This document shows positions 53,064-64,000 of a stretch of 64,000 nucleotides of DNA, piece after piece (position 1 is the first letter of the stretch; each line of letters starts with the position of its first letter). Under the pieces are notes generated by a model. The model was not told the origin of the DNA and did no database searches. It was given only the letters and a program-made list of their open reading frames with translations. The DNA is from Octopus sinensis (Eukaryota). A program made the translations under genes and the position numbers. The DNA is taken from positions 62,434,001-62,498,000 of the forward strand of contig NC_043007.1 in the NCBI RefSeq assembly GCF_006345805.1, given 5' to 3'.

Positions 53064-53377
53064 CACACAGATATGATAGTATGAAATATTGGGTTCAGAA
53101 ACACTTGTGGATGGAAAAAGTCAAAGGCTACCTGTGGAACATGAATCCACATATCCTTTAGACATGACAAGCATTGTACTGTTGGCAGCCTTTGGCTTTC
53201 TCTATCCAAAAGGGATTTTCAACCCAATATTTATAGCTTTATGTGCTTAGAGACCTGCTGTTCCAAAAAAGAATTATTTCATATTCTCTCAAAAGTTTAT
53301 AAGATTCTTATACGGTCATCAGTGTGAGTGTGTGTGTGTGTGTGCATGCATGCGTACATGTGTGTGTATGTGAGTGT

Positions 53378-53975
53378 GAGGGTAAGTAAAAAATTATACG
53401 TCCTTTTGTTTCTGTAATTTATTAAAACAAAAGTAGGAGTTGAACAGTTACATCATGTTTTGAAATAGTCTCCTTACTTTTCAGTATACTTCTTCCAGTG
53501 GTCCACAAGCTTGTTTATTCCATCAAAGAAGGAATTTTTTGTCTGGTAACACAGCCTCTTATACACTACCTCTATGCTTCTATGTCCATATCAAATCAAC
53601 AACCTTATAGAAAATGTTTGAGTGGCCCAAAGACATTATAGTTGAAAGGGGCAAGATCTGGACTGTATGCTGGGTATTCCAGCAACTCAAAACCCAATTT
53701 TCAATGGTTTCAATGGTGTGGACAGCTGTATGTGAGCATGCATTGTCGTACAACAATGTTTGCTTTGATAATGGTCCTTGGCATTTTAGTGTGGATTACT
53801 AATATCAGTTTGTTGGTCAGCATTTCATTGTAGTCAACACTAGTGGCTGTAGGCCCCTTTTGTAGTAAAGGCCCTTCTGCATCCCCCAAAATAGTTAGTA
53901 TCACATTTTCTGTCAAAGGCTGAATCTTGAATTTCTTTACTGCTGGTGAATCCAGGCATTTCTACTCATACTCTG
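53378..53975 (-). mobile_element. Decayed mariner transposon
   Basis: Minus strand gives LYDNACSH and PAYSPDLAPFNY. TIR-like start gagggtaagtaaaaaattat. Confidence 0.75.
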
Positions 53976-54469
53976 ACAATGATGAGGATGATGATATAAA
54001 TGCAGTGTACACATTGACAAACCTTCACAGTTTTAAAGTAAGATCTATATCAAACCAAACTGCAATGTCAACAATTTTTCGTAAATATTAAAACATATTT
54101 TTATCCATTTGTTTTCTTTTGTTTGCCTTGGCAAAGATCATATGTTATTTTTGTTCAAAATTACAATAAAGGGCAAATTTAAGCAGTTCACAGATTACTG
54201 CTTGAAAAAAATAACAGATAAAATAAAAGAAAGTTTGAATATAGATGGCATTTCGGGAATGGCGTTGAGCCATGTTTCCTTTTTCTTTTACTGATATTCT
54301 CTCAGAAAATTATTTACTGCTATATTAACTGTGAATATAACATACTGCTAATTTCGAATGATATCATTTGACAGAAATAATAACAGTAAATGATAAATAA
54401 ACAAAAATTTTTTAAATAAACTTTAACAACAATAACAAAATAATGATGATAAGAGTAATTACTATTATT

Positions 54470-55140
54470 TATTATATAAAATCTGTTCTGTCTGTCTGTC
54501 TGTGTGTCTTCTAGAATTTCAGGCATCCTCCATCCGATTGTGCTCAAATTTGATATGTAGATACCAACGGTATCAGGGCGTGTATAAGTCTTCAAAAAAT
54601 TACAAAAATCGATTCCAGGTGAGAATGCGATCGATAAAGCCGTGGGAATGTGCATTTGTACGTGCAAGTACATCAGCTGTTGCAATCAATACTGTGTGTA
54701 CACAAGAAAAATGCACGTGCAGTTTGCACAAAAAAAGCCAGCTGGCTTGAAATAATGCCACAAAATGTAGTATAATTAAGAGACCAAAAAAGTAAGATGC
54801 AAAAGAGATATTTTCTTCAAACTTGGCATGAAGGAAGGAAAGACTATTTGGTTTCTCAAGAAGTTTTTTCTTGCCTTAACTTCGTTTAACAAAAACAAAA
54901 ATTTCATTGAAATAAAGGCATGCTTAATTATTTTTTAATGAAAAGAAAACACTGATTGCTTTTTATTCAGCAGATATGATTCAGCACCGTCCATTGGATG
55001 GGGGGCGTTTTGCTTGTTATTAATACAAACATTATAATAAATAAATAAATATCCACAAAATGACTTAATAGTTCTTATCAAGATAACTGAAATATTGTTA
55101 AAAGGTGTCGGTAGTAAAAATATAAACTGAAACAAACATT
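54470..55140 (+). mobile_element. Probable non-autonomous Helitron-type repeat
   Basis: tatataaaatc...(ctgt)n followed by ccgatt...aaatttg, the layout typical of these elements. The 3' end is unclear. Confidence 0.4.
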
Positions 55141-55245
55141 GCTTAAAAACATTTCTGTGAAAAGTGCCAAGTATTTTGGAATGCTGTTGACTATTTCTTC
55201 ATTTGGGTGGGTTGGTATGTGTGTTTCTGAGGTCAGATATATATA

Positions 55246-56090
55246 GGTGCAGGCATGGATGTATGGTAAGAAGCTTGCTTCCCAACCACATGATACCAGG
55301 TTCAATCTCACTGCATGGCACCATGGGTGAATGTCTTCTACTATAGCCTCAGGCCAACCAAAGCCACTTGAGTGGATTTGGTAGATGGAAACTGAAAGAA
55401 CCCATTGTGTGTGTATGTATGTATGTATGTGTGTGTGTGCGTATGTCTGAGTTTATCTCCCCACCATCACTTGACAACCGATGCTGGTATGTTTATGTTC
55501 CTGTAACTTAGGGGTTCAGCCAAAGAGACTGATAGAATAAGTACTAGCCTTATAAAGAATAAGTCCTGGGGTTGAATTCTTCGATTAAAACCATTTAAGG
55601 TGTTACTCCATAGACAAATGACTGAAGCAAGTAAAAGAATAAAAGTATCTTTTATCTTTTATCATTTGTTTCAGTCAATAGACTGTGACTATGCTAGGAC
55701 ACTATCTTGAACAATGAATCGACCCCAGTACTTTTTTTAAACTTTGGTACTTTTTCTATCAATCTTTTTTACTGAGCCACTATGGGGATGTAAACAAACC
55801 AGCACTGGTTGTCAAGTGGTGTAGAGGAGGACAAACACAGGCACAAAGACATACACACACATATATGATCAGATTTTTTCAGTTACTGTCTACCAAATCC
55901 ACTCACAAGACTTTAGTTGTCCAAAGCGTGAATAGATTTGATTGAAGGAAACTGAAAGAAGTCTATCATGTGTGTGTGTGTGTGTGTTTGTCCCTGCTCC
56001 ACAACTTGACAACTGGTGTTGGTGTGTTCATATCCCTGTAGCTTATCACTCCAACAAATGTGAGAGAATAAGTACCAGGCTTTAAAATAA
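55246..56090. mobile_element. Cluster of SINE copies: 55246-55645 (+), about 55650-55915 (-), about 55930-56090 (+)
   Basis: Diverged matches to the 26904/41232 family in alternating orientation. Confidence 0.75.
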
Positions 56091-56772
56091 GAATAAGAGG
56101 TGAGGAGGAGGAAGGAAGGAGGGGGGCTGAGAGGTACATGCCCCTTCCCCCTCAAGAAAAGAAGTGCACCCTTCTACATAATGTTATTACACCCTTTTCT
56201 CCTGGTATTGTATTCCCTTCTGACTTTGTGCCCTCTCTTCAAAAAATTCCTGGGACTGCAGCTGGCTAAATCCCATGAATTCTGAGGCCATTGAAAAACC
56301 CTTAATTAATGTAAAGTACCGATTCAATTCAATTCAGTTCAATTCAAAAACATGTAAAGTATCAATTCAGACCAATTTAATTCATGTAAAGTATCAAGGG
56401 CCAGTCACTTTGACAGAGTTCATCCCTCTTCAGGAATTGAACTTAGCATGGCAAATTAACATAACACACATTAGTTTTACAATGATTCAATTGGTTATGG
56501 TAGCAAGTTGTTGCCTGTCAGTGCTATCTATTTATAGTGACACTCAACTGGAACATTTCCGGAACAAGTATCATCTCTGTAGACACAAGCACAGTGTTTG
56601 TAGCTAGATAGAAAGTGCTGATTTCTTGGTTGATTTCCAATAACCTTTCAACTTAACCATCCATGTTCTTAGCATATATTCCTTCAATGTAAGATGACTT
56701 AAAGTAACAATCAGAATCATATCATTGTGATATTTAAACTGAGGTTTGCAGCTGGCCATCATCAGACAGTTG

Positions 56773-56990
56773 AAGGCAGTGAACAGACAGAATTTTTAGC
56801 ATGCCGGGTAAAATGTTTAGTGGCATTTCAACTGTCTTCATGTTCTGAGTTCAAATTCCACCATGGTTGACTTTGCCTAGCATCCTTTCAGGATCAATAA
56901 CAAAAGTACCAGCTGAACACTGGGGTCAATCTAATAGACATCCCCCCTCCCCTGAAATGGCTGACCTTGTGACAAAATTTGAAACCAATA
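56773..56990 (+). mobile_element. tRNA-derived SINE (family of 15799)
   Basis: gagttcaaattcc...gactttgcc...catcctttc...agtacc. Confidence 0.7.
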
Positions 56991-59900
56991 TCTAAACTGA
57001 GAGTTACAGCTGGCCAGCATTGGACAATCAATCTGCTGACTAAAAGTTTAAAAGTTCAGACACCATCACTAGCTATATGTTTTATACATAGATAACCAAC
57101 TTCCATTATCTCAGTCCAGCTAGTAGTAAATGGATTCCATGGGGTAGTGTAAGATCACTGCTGTTAGCAGCTAGAGCACTACATTACTAATGAGTGTTTC
57201 CTCAACTAAAGTCATTTAAAAGTGCATTAAGGGGGAAAAAAGGTTATAACAGTTGATTTCGACCCCACTTTCTGCCACCTGTAAATCACAAGTTTATCAT
57301 GCATCTAGACCCCATTTTAGTTAATTAGCACTCTTTGTTCATGTGATAGCCTGTCAACAATCATTAGAATTTTCTGTGAGTAGAGGCTACAAATACAGTT
57401 GGTTTTAGTGCGAAAAAGCTAAAGTGAATTCTAAACCATGAGTGAATTCAGTCCTTGGTGAATTTCTCTTTCTAATAACTGATTTCATAGTTACATACTG
57501 AACATAGTGTGACTATCCTTAATAGCTGTTCTCACATTTGATACTCAACCTTGTGCGATAGATGAAGAATTATCTGAATTATATGAATATGCATTATCTG
57601 AAAAAACACACATAATAACGAATTTCTGATGAAGATCTCCTGCTTCTGCATATAAAATGGAGGTGCATCACTTAGTGGTTAGGGTGTTGGATTCACGACC
57701 GTAAGATTGTGGTTTTGATCCTTGGACCAGGCAGTGTGTTGTGTTCTTGAGCAAAACACTTCATTTCATGTTGCTCCAGTCTAGTCAGCTGTAGAAATGA
57801 GTTTAGCCTGGAGAGGGATGGACTCTGCCAGGCTTTCTCACCCTAGATACATTATATGGCAGCAGTGCTCCAGTGGCCTCCAAGGGGTTAAGGGACTTGT
57901 TAATTGTCAATAAAATTAACTCCTCTTGTATTACATGAACACCTATATTAATATAGCAATAAATGATGTATGTAAACTGACAAGTCTCTCATTATAACCA
58001 TGCTACAAGGTAATTAAATATATTCCCTATTGAATTGTATGTTAAAAAGTAGATGGATCTCTGAGTTTCTATGATGCGTATCAGTTGTTCAATCGACTGA
58101 ACTATATGCTCATTGAATTAGTGTGTAAGTGGCTGAGTATTCCACAGGCAGATGTATCTTTAATGTAATCCTTGGGCAGAATCAGAATGATAGCATGACA
58201 AGGCTGAACCTTTGAACTGCAGGTACAAACCATCCAACAGGCTTTCACACAATTTCCATCTACGCATTCACATTCACAAGGCTTGGGAAGCCCTGAGACA
58301 ATAGTAAAAGATTCTTATCCAATATGCCATACATTGGGATTGCACTCAAGGAACTTGTGATTGCAAGCAAAACTCCTTAGCCATTCAGACATGCTGCATG
58401 AACTGATATATGTATGTGTTGTAATGTGGCACAGAGGTTTTGGCAAAATGAATTTACAACTTGAGGTTTAGTCACTTCTTCAGCTATTTTATATCACATC
58501 ACTAATGCCCTTGAAAAGTGCTTCAACTCCATTGTATCCTCCTGGGGAACATACTGGATCATAACAAGTTTAATCTGGAAATAGCCAATATTTTAAGAAA
58601 AAGGGGAAAAAAATGTTTATACAGTATTCATTCAGGATTTGTAAATTATTACCATAGGATTGATCTAGAAAAGTTACAGTTGGATAACATTTCTATTTTA
58701 ACATGACAAGGTAAAGTATTTTGCTGTATCAAGGTTATTGCAAATCAGATGCTGATGTAAGTAGATTCTTAGTACATTAGTTCTATACTAAAAGTGTTGG
58801 TCTGTGGTGAAAGCAAACAAAACATGGGACTTCTTTAATTTTGCAGTGAAGACTTTAAATAGCTTAATTCCAAGATACTTTCTGTAGTAGGTTGTAGTGT
58901 TACTACTTTCTTTAGACGCTATCAGAGTAAAGGGTAATTTGGCTCTTTATACTGGACACTTGGCATTGGTTCAATAGTGTGAGATCAATAGAAATTGATT
59001 TCTGAGATATTTTGGGGAATGAAATCTATTTGTAATTTTTAGATTTACAAACACTAGTCTTCTAATTTTTTTTTTCCTATAATAAACTTGAGGTAGGGTT
59101 TATTTCTCTTGCTAGAGTGCAATAAAATGAAATGGTAAATTTATCTCAATCAATAGTTGATTTCAGAATTTAAAATCAAATTGAATTTCTGGAAGAAAGA
59201 ATTGTCTATAATTGCAGCTATTTGTTCCCTTTCCAATATATGAAAATAAAAATAAATATTATTTAAATATTTCTCCCATATGTTAGTGATATAAATAGAG
59301 CTTAACATTTTGTTGATTACAGGGATCAGTAGCATAAATAAAATAGCTACAATCAGGATTTAAAATTAGGTTGCAGGCTTACTTTCCTAGAAGCTTATCT
59401 CATATTCTATGGTACTCATTTTGTAATGTATGTATTTCTGTTGTGTCTGTGTGTGTATGTACATATGGGTGGTTGAATATTTGCGTGTATGTGAATACAC
59501 ATATACATATGTATGTGTATATGTCCATACATATGCACATACATACATACATACATACATACATACATACATACATACATACATACATACATACATACAT
59601 ACATGCATATATACATACATACAAACATATTACAGACAGATAAGTTCAAAAATGCATATATATATATACACACACACATACATACACATTATACTTATGT
59701 ATAGCTGAAATAAAATGTGTGGCACATATTTGCTGCACTGTTTATACAAGTTCATAGCATTAAGGAAGCGGTATAATATAGTTTTTACAATTTATATCAC
59801 TCACTCTCCATAATTAATTATTTGTATGGCTTATAGCTGATAATTTCAATACAAAGCTTGAGAAAAAATAATATATAACAGGACTTTTGATATTCTTAGA

Positions 59901-61164
59901 ATTTCACCCTGTTGCTAAAGTCCGAGCTTAACTATCATTACTTCATTTAGTAAACCTTCCTGTTATCAAAATCTCTAAACAAGTTTCTATTTAGAAATTC
60001 TGCTGGCTAAAGAGCAATCACCTCACTGGAATCTCAAATCATTCTGATATAATGTAGGACTCTTCTAATATTTCTTCCTCTTGCTGCTACTCCTCTGGCT
60101 AAATGAATCTCTTTTATTTTTATTATGTTTCAGTCACTGGACTGCAGCCATGCAAGGGTATTGTCTTCAAGAGTTTAGTCAAGCGAATCAACCCCAGTAC
60201 TTACTTTTTGAGCCTGGTACTTATTTTGCCAGTCTCTTTTGCTGGACTGTTAAGTTACAGGAATGTGAGCATACCAATAATTACCAAGTAGTGGTAATGG
60301 ATAAATACACTACACACACACACACAATATTCATATATTAAGATTTCGCTTAGGCATAGCAGTACAAATAACTAGGTGTTAGAACACAATATACCTATGC
60401 TTCAGAATAAAGAATTAGGTGAGTACAAAGCATAACATGAAATCAAATAAATGACATGGAAACAGGAATTACATGATCAACTTCCGTTCTGAGTGCGCTG
60501 CATGCTATAGCAGAAACATCTGTCAGCTAATGAAGTTGAGTATATATTCCTGTACCTCTGTCATTTATTTAATTTCAAATTATGCTCTCTCTCTCCACAC
60601 ACACACACACACATATTCTTTTATTCTTTTACTTGTTTCAGGAATTTGACTGCAGCCCCTTCTTTCTCTTTTCTCTCGTTATTTACACATGACTATCATC
60701 CATTTTTCTCTTCCTCATGTGACCATCTTTCTTTTCCTGCACAACATCCTAATGACTAGACGTCTTCTATCCCTCTCATCTATTTTCAAAGAAAATATTT
60801 CTCCCAGGATTCACTATCCCCCCCCCTCATTCTGGTCTAATGATCCTCCATGTTTGTTTTCATTTGGTTTCCTTCTATGTCTCCACTGTTCTGTTTTTGT
60901 TCCCAACTTTGACCCTCCATGGGTCCAAAATTTCATTTTGGAATTTATGGGAACAGTTGTCTTCAAAGACTTATATTGCCATTGAGTGGTTGGGGTGAGG
61001 AGTGGATAGACACCTGACAACTGATGGGGGGGGGGGGCGTTCTTTGTGTTACTTGTCTTATTTTCCATTAATTTTCTCTCGTTTGCGTTTCATGTTGTTT
61101 ACAGTTGGTAACGTCCTGTACCCATATACGCATATATATATATTATTTATATTATCATATATAT

Positions 61165-61323
61165 ACAACGGGCTTCTTTCAGTTTCTGTATACCAAATCC
61201 ACTCACAAGGCTTTGGATGGCCCAAGGCTATAGTAGAAGATACTTTCCCAAGGTGCCATGCAGTGGAACTGAACTCATGTAGTTGGGAAGCAAGCTTCTT
61301 ATCACACAGCCACTCCTGCACCT
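61165..61323 (-). mobile_element. SINE 5' half
   Basis: Reverse complement of the 26937 SINE head and body. Confidence 0.75.
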
Positions 61324-61335
61324 ATATATATACAG

Positions 61336-61375
<40 letters not shown>

Positions 61376-61766
61376 TTAAGTATTCTCGCTCTCTCTCCCC
61401 CCATATATATACAGGATTGGGGAGCAAGAGATAAGCATATGCTTATCTTTTATTCCCCAATTCTGTCCTCACTGCCCTACTCACTGTATCATTGCTACCC
61501 TGTGGTCCCCCACCTCCACTATATATCCATGTTTCACCAGTCACTGCATTTCCTACCCCCACACCCTTTGCATACATCTAAAGTCCCTACTCCCTGCTCG
61601 TGTACTCTTAGCAATACTCTACCATCTCATTTATATTCTGATGCCTGTACCTTGAAGGTATACCATGGCACTTCACCACCATCTCTCTTCTGTTCTCTCA
61701 TGCACTCTCACATTCTTGCTTTCTTCTGCTTTCTCTCTCATTCTTGATCACTCACTCACTCACTCA

Positions 61767-61803
<37 letters not shown>

Positions 61804-62250
61804 ATATATATATATATCTTTCTCTCTCTTTCTCTTACTATCTCCCTCTGACTGGATAACCATGTATCTCCTCTACAGCAAGATACCTGCTTTTATTCCT
61901 CTCCTCACCTGCACAAGGCCACCTCCTCTAATGTCTTGCAAGTTACTTGATGACCTCCACCTGTGCTGGTAACACATAAAAAGCATTCAGTCCACACTGT
62001 AAAGTGGTTGATGTTTTGGAGGACATCCAGCTGTAAAAACCATTCCAAAACATACGTCGCCAGTGCTGGTACCACAAAGAAAGCACTCAGTCTACTTTGC
62101 AAGGTGATTGGTGTTAGAAAGGGCATCTGGCCAAAAAAACTCTGCCAAAACAGACACTGGAGCGTGGTGCAGTCTTCTGGCTAGCCATTTCCTGTCAAAC
62201 CATCCAACCCATGCAACATGGAAAGCAGATGTTGAATGATGATGATGATA

Positions 62251-62312
62251 TGGCCAAATAAGCCATCTGATGATGATGGCTTAGCTGGCCAAAACTTCAA
62301 AGTCACTGTCAA
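62251..62312 (+). ncRNA. Decayed hammerhead (family of the 52.7-kb copy) with short 5' inverted duplication
   Basis: CTGATGA-tga-tggc...ggcc-AAAAC-TTCAAA-GTC-actgtcaa. tggccaaataagccatc is nearly the reverse complement of gatggcttagctggcca. Confidence 0.45.
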
Positions 62313-63175
62313 CAACATATATAATTAAGATTCCTTTGAATTAGGTACTTAAATTGAGGCACCAAGCCAGTGATTGTGAAAGGTGTGTAGTAAATGGAGG
62401 AGGGGACATCTGTTTATACTTAGATTAGTTGGGTGATTTAGCTGATAAAGATATTTTAAACAATCATTTTAAAAAATTTAGTGGAACATTTTTAAGCCTT
62501 AGGAAATTATAAGGCCAATCTATAAAGCTGAAAAGTCATATTACGAAGAATCCTGTATTAATTCAGTCAATTCCCAACAAGAATATATACAGTTTTACAT
62601 AATGTAAAGTAATTACTTTATTTTTTATAATATCTTTTCAAAAATAAGTGCATGCCCTCTGTAGGGCTTGTGAAAAGGGCTCTGTCTTCTTGAGACTGAA
62701 ACTCCAAATGAGGCTCAGTCTCCAAAGAGTTAAAGGTTCAGTCAATTTGCTTTTAAGAATCTGCTTACTTTCCATTTGTTATCTTGTAAAACATGGAGAC
62801 AAACACATGAGTATTATGTGATACTTCTTCTGGAGAACAGGTTAAATGCTTTACTGGTAAATGTTATTTTGACTCAATTAGGCAAATAGATAATATTGGT
62901 TATGCTAACTGTAAATCAAGCAACCGGTAAGAGATAGAGTAAATCAAATTAAAAGAGATGATTTATATGAAACAAATTATACTGACTATTTTATCAGATA
63001 CACAAATCTATTTGGATGAATGTTCTACGAGATAAGGCAAGCAAATGGTTGGATACACTCATCAAGTGAAATCCGGTTGTCTCAACACAATAGTGAGTCA
63101 GATCTAATTGGATCATTTCTCTCAGGTGACAACAACTTGTAGGATACCAATACTATGATACAGTTATTACACCAG

Positions 63176-63206
<31 letters not shown>

Positions 63207-63339
63207 CACGCACACACATGTGTGTAATACTATGATGTGGTTACTATACTAGATGTCTGTGCATATGTATATATGTGTGTGTGTTTTCTGTCTATCTCCC
63301 TCCCTCTCTTCTTCTTCCTTTCTGTTTTTCTCTCCTACC

Positions 63340-63908
63340 CTTTCCCTATTCTTCTCCTCTCCCCTTCACCGTTCCCTCTTCCTCTCCCTCTCTTCCTCCT
63401 TGACTCTCTCATTGATCACACGTGATTAACGGCCATTCTCTCTTTCTTCCACTTCCTTCCTAAAGACAAGACATGCTTTTATCTGTCTCTTCTCAAAGCT
63501 CGTTTTTCCAGCAGTCAGCACTTCACATCGTCTTGGCTAACAGCCCTCACCATTTGTTTTTACTGTTTTGTTTTCACTGTCCTGTCTTTGGTACCACTTT
63601 CACTCTCCACAAAAAATCCCAAACTTTATTTAATTTGCTTTGTGGGAAGGACTATTTTAATGAAGTTGCATCTCGTCCTTACCTTCGAAACACGGAGTAG
63701 ATAAAACAGGGGACAACTGATGAAGGGAATGTTCTTTTTGTTGCATGTCACATCTCTCTGTTTGTTTGTTTTTCTGTTGTTCAAAAATAGTTTGTTTTCT
63801 ATGTTTTTGTTTTTTATGTTCTCATTTCTCATTCTGTCCACGTTTTTTTGATATCCTGTACCCATATATGCATGTGTATATACATGTATATGTAGGTATG
63901 TACATATA

Positions 63909-63915
<7 letters not shown>
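63340..63915 (+). mobile_element. Interspersed repeat related to 48233-48974
   Basis: Shared GAAAC...GGACAA-CTGATGAAGGG and tcctgtacccatatatgcatg segments. Confidence 0.55.
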
Positions 63916-63943
<28 letters not shown>

Positions 63944-64000
63944 ATTATCTGCAATGAATATATGCCATATGTATGTATGTGTATATATATATATATATAT

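Overview
AT-rich, microsatellite-dense animal DNA. The tRNA-derived SINE families, RTE tails, (TA)n/(CAT)n arrays and TTAGGG repeat fit an octopus/coleoid cephalopod genome, judged by pattern recognition only. One coding exon is well supported: the terminal exon (13904-14122, +) of a PH-domain protein ending in a CaaX box (CVLQ). A convergent gene may end in a 24-nt microexon plus a short last exon at 23.2-23.4 kb (-). The rest is a mosaic of decayed elements: CR1/L2-like, RTE and R4/Dong LINEs, Chapaev3, mariner/Tc1, piggyBac-like and Merlin-like MITEs, Helitrons, a HINE and SINEs. The most striking signal is a set of Penelope-like/retrozyme-type type I hammerhead ribozymes. One apparently intact ribozyme, with an unusually long stem II, is present as a mirror pair in a near-perfect palindrome with 220-bp arms inside a (TA)n array at 24.7-25.1 kb. 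At least six decayed hammerheads from several families lie at 49-53 kb and 62 kb. A Penelope-type N-terminal domain also sits directly behind a Ulp1/SENP-like protease relic. All calls were made by eye, so boundaries of decayed repeats are approximate.
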